From contig CAZETU010000002.1 in NCBI GenBank assembly GCA_964514585.1, positions 1 to 64,000 of the forward strand: a DNA stretch of 64,000 bases, written 5' to 3'. Positions within the stretch are counted from its first letter, which is position 1. Each line of letters begins with the position of its first letter. Shown here piece by piece: positions 55,017 to 63,878 of this stretch. The DNA is from Candidatus Woesearchaeota archaeon. Lineage in GTDB: Archaea > Nanobdellota > Nanobdellia > Pacearchaeales > GW2011-AR1. Both the position numbers and the translations under genes were made by a program. The notes beneath the pieces are model-generated. The model was not told the origin of the DNA. It searched no databases and worked only from the letters and a program-made list of their open reading frames with translations.

Positions 55017-55283
55017 ATGGGAGAAAAGGAATATGTTAGTGGTAGGGGGGTCCATTATGTGGTTGATATAGAGAGATGTAATGGTTGTGGTCTTTGTGTG
55101 GCTTATTGCCCAAGGACTAATACAGATGAGAAGGCGATCGTGATGACGAAAATACCTAATACAAATAGAAGAGGGTATATTCATATTGATGTAAAAGATA
55201 TAGAGAGATGTAGTGCTTGTGGGATTTGTGCTTTGTTTTGTGGGGATGGTGCAATTAGGGAAATAACTCTTGATGAGGATTAA
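55017..55283 (+). CDS. 2[4Fe-4S] ferredoxin
   Basis: CNGCGLCVAYCP and CSACGICALFC. Confidence 0.9.
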   Translation: MGEKEYVSGRGVHYVVDIERCNGCGLCVAYCPRTNTDEKAIVMTKIPNTNRRGYIHIDVKDIERCSACGICALFCGDGAIREITLDED

Positions 55284-55289
55284 TTTAAT

Positions 55290-55634
55290 TTAATCGGCTT
55301 TAGAATCTTTTTCTATTCCTCCCATTTTTTCTATTCCTTCACCTGTTTTTGTTGCAAATGTTTCTAAGCCTTTTTCTATTGGATATATCGCAGCCCTTCC
55401 TATGATTATGGCTGTTCCTACAAGGGCATAGCTTGCCATTTCTCTGAATGTTGTTCTATCTGGAGCTCTGAGATTATCACATGTTCTTAAATATGCTCTC
55501 TTTGCCAGCTTCGTCAAACCACATCCCATTAAGTAGAACTCAGATGCTATATCAAGAAAATCTGGGATAAGCCCTTTGCTTGGTTCAAACTCCTCATCAA
55601 ATTCTTGGGGGCATCTTTTGTAAGGGGTGTCCAT
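55290..55634 (-). CDS. Hypothetical protein (orphan)
   Basis: 114-aa ORF with own TATA-like TTTTTATA upstream. Confidence 0.5.
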   Translation of the reverse strand: MDTPYKRCPQEFDEEFEPSKGLIPDFLDIASEFYLMGCGLTKLAKRAYLRTCDNLRAPDRTTFREMASYALVGTAIIIGRAAIYPIEKGLETFATKTGEGIEKMGGIEKDSKAD

Positions 55635-55683
55635 GTTTTATTTTACTAGAATTAGTATAAAAAGATTGTTGTGATAAATTTGA

Positions 55684-55703
55684 CTCTGCCCCGAAGGGCA
55701 GAG
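55684..55703 (-). terminator. cUUCGg hairpin downstream of ftsZ
   Basis: CTCTGCCC-TTCG-GGGCAGAG on - strand. Confidence 0.65.
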
Positions 55704-55732
55704 CGAATTGAATAAAAAAATAAATCGTTGGT

Positions 55733-56815
55733 TTAGCTTAAGTCGTCTAGGCCGAGTTCATTAGTCGAAATAGTGTCTTCTTTATCGAATCTACTATTTG
55801 AGTTTTTTCCTAAGATGTATGGTGATTTAACGCCTGTCATAATTGTAATAACTCTGACACGTCCTTGGAATTCTTTGTTAACTCGTGCTCCGATGATAAC
55901 TTGAGCTTCTGGGCTTAAGTTTTCGGTTACGAGTCGTCCGATGGAATCGAACTCTTCAAGCTTTAAATCTGGGCCGCATGTGATGTGAACTAGTGCACCT
56001 GTTGCACCTCTGTAATCTACGTCTAGTAATGGATGTGTTAGTGCTTGTTGCACTGCTGCGTCTACTCTAGCGTTAGAATTGTCCTCACCAATACCAATAA
56101 CCGCGACGTCACCGTTCTTCATGATCGAAGAAACGTCTGCATAGTCTAGGTTGATTAGGGAAGGTAGTGTAATTGTTTCTACGATTCCTTTAATCATTGT
56201 GGATACAAGTTCATTTGCTACTGCGAATGCTTGTTCCATTGGTAGTTGGCCTGCGATGTCAACTAATCGGTTGTTGTCTAGCACGATTACCGTGTCGACA
56301 GTTTCCCGAAGTTCTTGAAGACCGAACTCTGCCTTATCGATTCTTGCTTTTTCTGCCTCAAAGGGCATTGTAACTACCGCGATTACTACCGCGCCTGCTT
56401 CCTTAGCTAATTGAGCAACTACTGGTATTGATCCGGTTCCGGATCCTCCTCCCATTCCCGCTAGAACGAAAACCATATCTGAATTCGAAACAGCCTTCTT
56501 CAAGTCAGTAAGGGATTCCTTAGCAGCCTCTCGTCCTTTCTTAGGGTAACCACCGCATCCAAGACCTCTTGTTAATTCCTTACCGATAAGGATTTTTTCG
56601 TCAGTCTTTGTAATGGATAAGTGTAGTGCGTCGGTGTTGATACCGTAAATTGTCGCACCGTTGATACCTTTGTTGAAAAGCCAGGTAGCCATGTTACATC
56701 CGCATCCGCCACAGCCGAAAACTTTAATGTTAGCTTTTCCAGCTCTTAAGTCATCAAAATTAATACTGTTTGCTTCTGCAGTTTCTATTGCTTCTTTTGC
56801 AAAATCTAATGGCAT
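55733..56815 (-). CDS. ftsZ: Cell division protein FtsZ
   Basis: INTDALHL, TRGLGCGG, GMGGGSGTG signature, LINLDYADV. Confidence 0.97.
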   Translation of the reverse strand: MPLDFAKEAIETAEANSINFDDLRAGKANIKVFGCGGCGCNMATWLFNKGINGATIYGINTDALHLSITKTDEKILIGKELTRGLGCGGYPKKGREAAKESLTDLKKAVSNSDMVFVLAGMGGGSGTGSIPVVAQLAKEAGAVVIAVVTMPFEAEKARIDKAEFGLQELRETVDTVIVLDNNRLVDIAGQLPMEQAFAVANELVSTMIKGIVETITLPSLINLDYADVSSIMKNGDVAVIGIGEDNSNARVDAAVQQALTHPLLDVDYRGATGALVHITCGPDLKLEEFDSIGRLVTENLSPEAQVIIGARVNKEFQGRVRVITIMTGVKSPYILGKNSNSRFDKEDTISTNELGLDDLS

Positions 56816-56919
56816 TTTCTTTTTTTGTCAAACCTCCTTTCAAGTTTCATGGTAAAATGAAGAGTGTTTTTGTTTAAAAGAATATGTATAGTTGGAAGAA
56901 TGCGATGGTGTTGGAATGT

Positions 56920-58140
56920 TTAGGCTGCCGCTCTAATTTGATTGCCAGGTTCTTCTAGTTTGTTTAATACGTATTCTAAATTAGTTATATAGTATCCACC
57001 TTTGTCATCTGCTACGCCCATGATTATCATTAGTTCTCTTTCTAAACCTTTTTCGGGTCTTCTTTTTGCATTTTCTGGAAGGACTAAATCGTTTCCGAAG
57101 CAAATTGATTTTTTCCATTTTTTCCCCGAGGGGTCAGTCTCGATTAATACATCGTTTTCGAAGGGTTCTAGGAATGGATATTTCATACAGCTTGCCATGT
57201 TTCCAGTTCTTGGGTCGTATTCTGCAACGGTTGTTCTGTAAACTAACTCATTTACGTCTGTATTTTTTGTATCTTCAACACCATGAATAACGTTAATCCA
57301 TCTTTGTCTTCCTTTTCTATCAATAACCATTTTTGGGGCAGCTCCTTGTCCTATTCTGTAGTTTGCCCATTCGTCGAGATCTGAGGGGTTAAGGACTGTG
57401 TGTTTATCTATCTGCGGGAACCATTCTCTCCAAGTTTGTGGTTTTTGGAGATCTGATATCTTCCCTACTGAAATTCTTTGGATGCTGTTTCCAAGTCTTA
57501 GGTATTCTAGTGGAGTTGCCATTTGAATCATGTGAACTATTGAGGTGTCTTTGTTATATGGGAATATTGTACCTGTTTCTCCAATGTCGTTTCTTCTTCT
57601 TTTTGTATCCTCAAATTCTTTTTCTAAAACTTCTACATAGGGAGAACCTTTTGGAACTAATCTTATTGCTTCTTCTAGGGGGATATTTGGTCCGGTTGTT
57701 CCTACTCTTTCCCATTTGCCATTTTTATTTAATCTTATTCCGAAGGAGACTGCGTTGAATCCATTATAACCTATACATGAAATATATGGATCCTCTTCAA
57801 TTATTGATATTCTTGGGTCTTCTCTTGCTATTCTATCATATTCTTTTCTGTCATCCCTGGGTAAAACTCTGTGTCCATTGACTTCTATATCTGAACTTTC
57901 TTGCCCTTCTCTTATTTCTCTTACTCTGTAGGCTAAGAGTGGGGCATTTTCATGTTCAGCATAGGTCATATTCAGAACTCCTATTTCTTTTCCGTTTCCG
58001 TTTGGTTGTAGAAAAATTGCCCTTTTGTCTGTTGTATGTCTTCCGTTTGGCGAGAAGTATATTCTTGGGTCGTATACTCTTGTGACTAAACTAGAAATTC
58101 TTGATCGACTATCGGGTGGTTCATCACCTTCGTCTTCCAT
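56920..58140 (-). CDS. GH130-like five-bladed beta-propeller glycosidase/phosphorylase
   Basis: EDPRI, NKDT, IGQGAAP, WINVIHGVE, ICFGND, IIMGVADD motifs. Confidence 0.65.
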   Translation of the reverse strand: MEDEGDEPPDSRSRISSLVTRVYDPRIYFSPNGRHTTDKRAIFLQPNGNGKEIGVLNMTYAEHENAPLLAYRVREIREGQESSDIEVNGHRVLPRDDRKEYDRIAREDPRISIIEEDPYISCIGYNGFNAVSFGIRLNKNGKWERVGTTGPNIPLEEAIRLVPKGSPYVEVLEKEFEDTKRRRNDIGETGTIFPYNKDTSIVHMIQMATPLEYLRLGNSIQRISVGKISDLQKPQTWREWFPQIDKHTVLNPSDLDEWANYRIGQGAAPKMVIDRKGRQRWINVIHGVEDTKNTDVNELVYRTTVAEYDPRTGNMASCMKYPFLEPFENDVLIETDPSGKKWKKSICFGNDLVLPENAKRRPEKGLERELMIIMGVADDKGGYYITNLEYVLNKLEEPGNQIRAAA

Positions 58141-58204
58141 GAGTTTAGGTTGGTGTGTTTTGTCTTATAAGTGTTGTCGTCGTAGAATTATTAGGGCAAG
58201 ATTT

Positions 58205-59206
58205 TTAAAGGGAGTTTCGGACGTTTTCTTTGAATTTTTCTATGTCTTTTGCTAGAATCATTGCGCCTGCTGCGTTTGTGTGACCACCCGCATTTCCTTC
58301 TTCTAGTTCTTTTACTCCGGCTTTTAGGGTGTCTGCCATGTTTATTTTTCCACCCGAACATCTTCCTGAGAATGAAATATACTTGCCTTTATTTTTAGGT
58401 GAAGCGAAGATATATGCTCCTTTATCTTTTTGGCTTATTATTCCTGATACTGGAACTTTGACTGAAAAGCTTGGTTCGAAATAGTAGTAATTTATGTCGC
58501 CTAGTTTTTCCTTTTTTGTTTCGTATTCTTCTACGAATTTTTGAACTTCGTCTTCGACTGGTTCTGAGTATTGTTTTAGTTTTTTTATTTCTTCGATTGA
58601 ATGTATTTGTTGGAGGATTTCGAAAGCTTTGTTTAGGTCTTTGTCGAAGTAGACTATGAAGTTGGTTATTATGCTTGTTGCGTTTTGTTTGAATTCGTCT
58701 AGGGTCATGTCGATTTGTTTTAGGTGGGCGTCGATGAAGTCTTGGTTTTCTGGGTAGAGGTGGCCTGCGTCTGTTATTGTTCCTATTAGGGCGAGCCATG
58801 GTTTTAGACTTGTAAGCTCTCCTGCGGTTCGACTTGATGGGAGGTAGCCTTGGTCTACTGTGATTAGTTCTAGAATTTCTTCTGGTATTGGGGTATCTCT
58901 TGGGTGATGGTCGGCGTAGAGAACTTGTTTGTCTCTTATTAGTTCTAGGTCTTCTGCAATTAGTCCTGGGGCGATGTCTGTTATTATTATTTTGTTGAAT
59001 TTTTCTAGGGAGTAGTCTTTTAGGGATGATTTTCGGATTGAATATGTGAATTGTTCTACTATTGCTTTTTTATCTTTACACCAGTCGTAGTATATGATCC
59101 CTGCGCAAAATCCGTCTCCGTCATCGTGGTGGATGATTGCGACTTTGTCTTCGCTAGTTATATTGTCTAGGAATTCTTTTGTTTCTTGAAATGTTATTTG
59201 TGGCAT
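58205..59206 (-). CDS. DHH-family phosphoesterase with DHHA1 domain
   Basis: HHDDGDG, IITD, ADHH, GGHTNAAG. Confidence 0.9.
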   Translation of the reverse strand: MPQITFQETKEFLDNITSEDKVAIIHHDDGDGFCAGIIYYDWCKDKKAIVEQFTYSIRKSSLKDYSLEKFNKIIITDIAPGLIAEDLELIRDKQVLYADHHPRDTPIPEEILELITVDQGYLPSSRTAGELTSLKPWLALIGTITDAGHLYPENQDFIDAHLKQIDMTLDEFKQNATSIITNFIVYFDKDLNKAFEILQQIHSIEEIKKLKQYSEPVEDEVQKFVEEYETKKEKLGDINYYYFEPSFSVKVPVSGIISQKDKGAYIFASPKNKGKYISFSGRCSGGKINMADTLKAGVKELEEGNAGGHTNAAGAMILAKDIEKFKENVRNSL

Positions 59207-59256
59207 GATAGATAAAATTTAGGTGGCTTTTTATAGTATTTGTTATTTGTTAATTA

Positions 59257-59871
59257 ATGAGGTTGAAGAGTTTTGAGAGGGTGTTAAGGTTAATTTTGGC
59301 TTTGTTCTTTTTGTTGTCTGGGATTTTGGCTTTTGTTCTTGGGAATTGGTTTACGTTGTTTGTTTCGGCGATTTCGTTGTCTTTGGTGGTTTTTTCTGTG
59401 AAGTTTTCTGATAGGAAGGGGATTGAATTTTCTTCTCTTATTTCTTTGGTGTTTTTATTTTTTATTTTTGCGAGTCTTTTTTTGGGGGAGATAAGGTTTT
59501 TTTATCAGAGGTTTTGGTGGTGGGATTTGATGTTGCATACGGTTGCTGGGTTTAATATGGGGTTGATTGGGTTTTCTTTGTCGTATTATATGAATAGGGG
59601 CAGTAAACATATGGAGCTTAGTCCTTATTTTATTGCACTTTTCGGGTTTTGTTTTGCGATGACGCTTGGAGTTTTCTGGGAATTTTTTGAGTTTTCGATG
59701 GATTATTTTTTCGGGACTAGTATGTTGAAATCGGGGTTGGTTGATACGATAACGGATTTGATTGTGACTTCGGTTGGGGCTTTTGTCGTTTCTACTTTGG
59801 GGTTTTTGGGGTTGAAGCATTATTATGAGAGGGCTGCTGGTTTTTTTAATAATTTAATTTTTAGAATTTGA
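59257..59871 (+). CDS. Integral membrane protein (DUF2238-like), paralog of 20353..20988
   Basis: FWWWDLMLHT, GVFWEFFEF, GLVDTITDL. Confidence 0.75.
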   Translation: MRLKSFERVLRLILALFFLLSGILAFVLGNWFTLFVSAISLSLVVFSVKFSDRKGIEFSSLISLVFLFFIFASLFLGEIRFFYQRFWWWDLMLHTVAGFNMGLIGFSLSYYMNRGSKHMELSPYFIALFGFCFAMTLGVFWEFFEFSMDYFFGTSMLKSGLVDTITDLIVTSVGAFVVSTLGFLGLKHYYERAAGFFNNLIFRI

Positions 59872-59946
59872 GGTTGGGGTTGTGAGTAATTGATTAGGGA
59901 GAGGAGTCGTGAGTAATTTTATAAAGAATGTTGGTATGTTATATTT

Positions 59947-60612
59947 ATGGTTGGGAAGAAGATGGTGATTGTTGTTGGCATTGCTGTATTTTTATTCTTG
60001 GTTTTATTCTTGGTTGATTTTGAGGTGGTTGAAAAAGGGGATGGTTCTCCTACCGTTGAGGAATTGGAAGTTAGTTTGCCTAGAGGGGCAGATTATAGTT
60101 ATGAGGTTGAATTTAATGAAATGGAAAAAATTACTGTGGAATGTGAAAAGTGTGATAAGAAGAATGAGTGTTTTTTTATTTGTGCAAATGAATGTTATGA
60201 TAAAAACATGTTTTTATCTGGAGTCTTGCCATTACTTGTTCCTGAGCTAGACAATGAAGGAGAGTGTCCGTGTTTATGTAGACCTCTTGTGCATATTAAT
60301 GAATTAAGATTTGTTAAAGCTATTGGGAATAAAGATGTAACAGAGTGTGAAAAAATAGATATTGAGATAGCTGATTTGGGAAAAGATAATTGTTATTTAA
60401 GCTTTGCAAATACTTTTCTAAATGAATCGATATGTAGTAAAATTACAAATGCTTCTTTAGTGAATGCATGTTATGTCTATCTTTCTGTTTTGAAAAAAGA
60501 TGTAGGTCTTTGTGAAAATATTATTGAAGATGGGACTTTAAGATGGAATCAAACTAGTTGCGAAGATGTCTTAAAAAGTGGCAGAGAGTTTAGTTTCGCC
60601 ATTCCAAAGTAG
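59947..60612 (+). CDS. Membrane-anchored Cys-rich protein (C..I...C.Y..A repeats)
   Basis: N-terminal TM; CEKI..KDNCYLSFA, CSKI..NACYVYLS repeats. Confidence 0.65.
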   Translation: MVGKKMVIVVGIAVFLFLVLFLVDFEVVEKGDGSPTVEELEVSLPRGADYSYEVEFNEMEKITVECEKCDKKNECFFICANECYDKNMFLSGVLPLLVPELDNEGECPCLCRPLVHINELRFVKAIGNKDVTECEKIDIEIADLGKDNCYLSFANTFLNESICSKITNASLVNACYVYLSVLKKDVGLCENIIEDGTLRWNQTSCEDVLKSGREFSFAIPK

Positions 60613-60909
60613 TGTCGTTTGGAAAAATTTATAAGGGGAGTTCTCTGTTAATATTTAATATTATTATTAGAAACAACGACAAACAGTAACCCTCCAGATA
60701 TTTCAGGATGTTTTTCATCCAAGTGACCTTATTTTTTAGCTTAGATGAATCTGCGTTTTATCTTTGAAATATCTTGGAATACGTCGCTGTTCTTATGAAA
60801 TATCTTAGAATAAGTGGGGATTGGTAGGTTATTGAAAGGAACGGATTGCGGAAAACGTGTTGTATTTTATGAACGCAATGAAACGTGTTTTGGTTGAAAG
60901 GGGTTTTTC

Positions 60910-62520
60910 ATGTTTAAGGTAAGGATGTTTGTGATTGTGTTGGTGACGTGCGGTGTGGCTTGCGGGCAGTTTACTGGCGGAACTGTGGCGGGAACTGAGG
61001 TAGAGATTGTCATGGAAGGAGATTTGTCTGTTTCAGAGATGATTGGAGATAGGGAGGTTGATCTGGGCGAAATCTCCTTTGATGGTAGAACTGGCAAAGT
61101 TTCTATTGATGCCGGCATTTTTAGGTCGGAGTCTTTTCCTGATGGAACGGGGAAGATAGAGATGGGTAATCCGTTTCTCAGAGCCGGATTTATCAATGAT
61201 GATAATGGGGATCCACGGGCTATTATGTTTATTACTGGAGACGTGGGTCCTTTGGGTAGCGTTACGATTGAAATGGAGGGAGAGGCTTGGCAGTTTATGA
61301 CTGGAACGACTGCTGGTGTAGATGTTCCTTTGGATCAATGGCCCGAACCTAGACCTCTTAGGATTAAATGGGAGGGGCCTCTTGGGGAAGCGGTTGAGTA
61401 TTCGGTTGATTCGACTTGGGAGTTTGCAGTGGCGGCTTCTGAGTATATTGATTTTGATTTACTCGGCGATGAGATGTCCGATGTGTCGACGTTTTCTCTT
61501 TCTCTTGTCGATTTCTTCGGTGATTTGGCAAGGTCCTGGCTTGATGAGGGTGTTCTTGAGTTTACAGAATTGCCGAGCTATATGGATCCTAGCATCTCTG
61601 CTGCTGAAGCTCTTCGTGAACGGTTGATTGTGAGTGGCGATTTCGTTTTCGATCCCACTTCTGATCCTGGCACCGAACCTGTTGATCCCGGCACCGAACC
61701 TGTTGTCCCCGGCACCGAACCTGTTGATCCCGGCACCGAACCTGTTGATCCCGGCACCGAACCTGTTTTCGATCCAGCAGTGAGGTATGGGCTTGGTTTT
61801 GATACTGGCTTTATTAAGTACAGTACGGGGGAAACGGTTAAGGTTGTCTTAATGAATTCTTCTCCGCATGATATCCAAATGTATTCTGATGGAGCGGGCT
61901 ATTCGGGAGGAGGGATTCTTACTGGAGAGTATCCTGCGAGCTATGGGGATGAAGGTGGTCCAACGAATTCGGTGGAGGTGTCTTATGTTTCTAAGAAAGA
62001 TCTCTTTGCTTCTCGTGATTATGATGCTTTCTCTTTGGGGAAGTGGGTGGGTCCGGATCTGAGTTCTGATGGTGGGGATCCTACTGAGGGGGTTTATTTG
62101 CCGGTTGTTGTTGCTTATGTCACTCCGATTGGTGATATCCCTACTGAAGGTGAGGCGACCTATTTTGGCAAGAATGGTGCGCTTGGAAAGGTCATTTATC
62201 TGAAGAGAGATATTGACTCCTTGCCGTTTGCGGCCAATGTCTTTCTGAAAGCTGAATTTGCTAAGGGTCTTATCAGTGGGGGTATTAACAATATCTATCT
62301 TGAGGATGGCAGCCATATGTCGGCATTTGGTCTCCTTCTTGTGATGGGGAAAAATGGTATTGCTATTGGTGAGATAACTCACGGCATGGCGGCTGGTAGA
62401 GGGAGGGCTACTACTATCTTTGTTGGAGAAGATGCCGGAGGGATAATCGGATCTGCTCTTTTCAAGGGAAGTGAGGGTAAGATCGAAGTCCCGATTATTT
62501 TCGGTGCTGATCGTCAATAG
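60910..62520 (+). CDS. Secreted protein with C-terminal TbpB-like (Slam-substrate) beta-barrel
   Basis: Signal peptide; Pro-rich linker; DIPTEGEATYFG...AEFAKGLISG...FVGEDAGGIIG...FGADRQ, resembling the TbpB/HpuA 8-stranded barrel. Confidence 0.65.
   Translation: MFKVRMFVIVLVTCGVACGQFTGGTVAGTEVEIVMEGDLSVSEMIGDREVDLGEISFDGRTGKVSIDAGIFRSESFPDGTGKIEMGNPFLRAGFINDDNGDPRAIMFITGDVGPLGSVTIEMEGEAWQFMTGTTAGVDVPLDQWPEPRPLRIKWEGPLGEAVEYSVDSTWEFAVAASEYIDFDLLGDEMSDVSTFSLSLVDFFGDLARSWLDEGVLEFTELPSYMDPSISAAEALRERLIVSGDFVFDPTSDPGTEPVDPGTEPVVPGTEPVDPGTEPVDPGTEPVFDPAVRYGLGFDTGFIKYSTGETVKVVLMNSSPHDIQMYSDGAGYSGGGILTGEYPASYGDEGGPTNSVEVSYVSKKDLFASRDYDAFSLGKWVGPDLSSDGGDPTEGVYLPVVVAYVTPIGDIPTEGEATYFGKNGALGKVIYLKRDIDSLPFAANVFLKAEFAKGLISGGINNIYLEDGSHMSAFGLLLVMGKNGIAIGEITHGMAAGRGRATTIFVGEDAGGIIGSALFKGSEGKIEVPIIFGADRQ
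61663..61767 (+). repeat. Five tandem 21-bp repeats encoding (D/V)PGTEPV
   Basis: GATCCCGGCACCGAACCTGTT x5 with minor variants. Confidence 0.95.
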
Positions 62521-62546
62521 TTTCGTCTAGGAAAAGGAGTATTACA

Positions 62547-63752
62547 ATGAAGCAGCTACTAGTGTTCTTCGGAGTTTCTTTGGTGTTTGCGGGAACTTCC
62601 GTTGCGTCTTTATCAGTTGGCGAAATGCAAGTGTTATTCAATTCCGGCATGGATGATGTCGAGACTGGGGAGCTTGAGGGATTCGAGAGTGCTATCGAGA
62701 AGTTTGAGACGATACGTGATGACTATCCAACTCTTCCTCGAATCAGGTTGGAACTAGGAAACGCGTATCGTCTGAATGAGCAAGGATTTTCGGCTGGTCG
62801 AGAGTTTGAGGAAGCTCTTGCTCTTGATCTCGATGATGAGATATCTGCCGAAAGAAGGGCAGGTATTGAGAAGTACATCGATGCTTATACGCGTCCGAAA
62901 CTAGACGTGGAGGTCGGTGTCAAGGTTATGCACAATGATAACGTTACAGCGGGGCCGTCTGATGACCTTGTTACTCTTTGGGGAATTGATGGATGGCGGC
63001 TTGGCGAGGGTCGCAAGAAGTCGGACAATGCGCTTTTAACGTCTATTGGGATATCTTATGTTGTCCCGATGGATGATGCGATTTCATGGTTCACCTCTTT
63101 CAACTTCGATTCAACGAACTACAGTTCGTTGGAGGACCATGATTTCCAGCTTGCCAGACTTTACACTGGCCTGGCGGTCAAGGCGGGGGAAGTGTTATTG
63201 CAGTTACCGCTTACTGCGGATTATTCCCTGTACAGGGGGGACCCTTATGCGGCCAACATTGGGGTCAATCCCCGTGCTACGATTGATTTGGGGGAGGGTT
63301 TCTCTTTGAGTGTTTTGGCTATGGTCTCTAAGAGAGACTGTCCTTTCCTCTGGGCTCGGACGGGCTTGGTATATGGGGGAGGTCTTTCCCTTCGCAAGGA
63401 TTTTGGCAAGGGCCTTGTTGCTTCCGGAGGGTATCAGCGCTTGAGGGAGGATACGAAACTCGCTTCGTATAGCGCCGACGTGGATTTCTTCTACGCTAGG
63501 TTCATGAAGACTTGGGTCGATTTTTCAGTGAACTTTTCCCCGAGTCTTTCCCTCAGGGAATGTGACGAATCTTTGCCGTATCTCACTGAGCCTCGAGAGG
63601 ACAAGCGGCTTACTTTGCCGGTTGGTATCGAGTATGCCGTTACCGATGGTCTGAGTTTCGTGGCGGAATATATTCGAACAGAAAATAGGTCTGATGATCT
63701 GTTCGAGCATGACCAGGAGAAGGTCATCGGCGGATTTATTTTCAGATTCTAG
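62547..63752 (+). CDS. Slam/DUF560-like outer-membrane protein (TPR + beta-barrel; T11SS transporter)
   Basis: Signal peptide; TPR segment PRIRLELGNAY...REFEEAL; HNDNVTAGP; alternating beta strands; terminal aromatic GGFIFRF; bacterial SD AAGGAG. Confidence 0.75.
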   Translation: MKQLLVFFGVSLVFAGTSVASLSVGEMQVLFNSGMDDVETGELEGFESAIEKFETIRDDYPTLPRIRLELGNAYRLNEQGFSAGREFEEALALDLDDEISAERRAGIEKYIDAYTRPKLDVEVGVKVMHNDNVTAGPSDDLVTLWGIDGWRLGEGRKKSDNALLTSIGISYVVPMDDAISWFTSFNFDSTNYSSLEDHDFQLARLYTGLAVKAGEVLLQLPLTADYSLYRGDPYAANIGVNPRATIDLGEGFSLSVLAMVSKRDCPFLWARTGLVYGGGLSLRKDFGKGLVASGGYQRLREDTKLASYSADVDFFYARFMKTWVDFSVNFSPSLSLRECDESLPYLTEPREDKRLTLPVGIEYAVTDGLSFVAEYIRTENRSDDLFEHDQEKVIGGFIFRF

Positions 63753-63760
63753 TTCATCCG

Positions 63761-63815
63761 GGTAGGTTATCGAGCACACCTTTGGGTGTTGTCTTGAGCC
63801 TACCCTTACTTTTTT
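63761..63815 (+). terminator. Bacterial-style intrinsic terminator after the Slam-like gene
   Basis: GGGTAGG...CACACC-TTTG-GGTGT...CCTACCC followed by a T tract. Confidence 0.6.
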
Positions 63816-63878
63816 CTTTATATAGTCTACTATATGGTATGCTTTATGTTCTTGTAAGAAGAAATAAGGGATTTTTAT

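Noticed and set aside
61663-61767. 21-bp repeats as a CRISPR array
   Set aside because: Repeats are contiguous with no spacers, in frame within a CDS, and there are no cas genes in the window.
40-63779. Many antisense and alternative-frame ORFs in the track (e.g. 8770..9537, 9895..10617, 22918..23475, 35142..35822, 61849..62517)
   Set aside because: They are shadows of well-supported genes on the opposite strand, favoured by the strong strand skew, and have no recognisable motifs.
60620-63830. Prophage, IS or integrative element explaining the Slam island
   Set aside because: No integrase, transposase, terminal repeats or target-site duplication could be found at the island edges.
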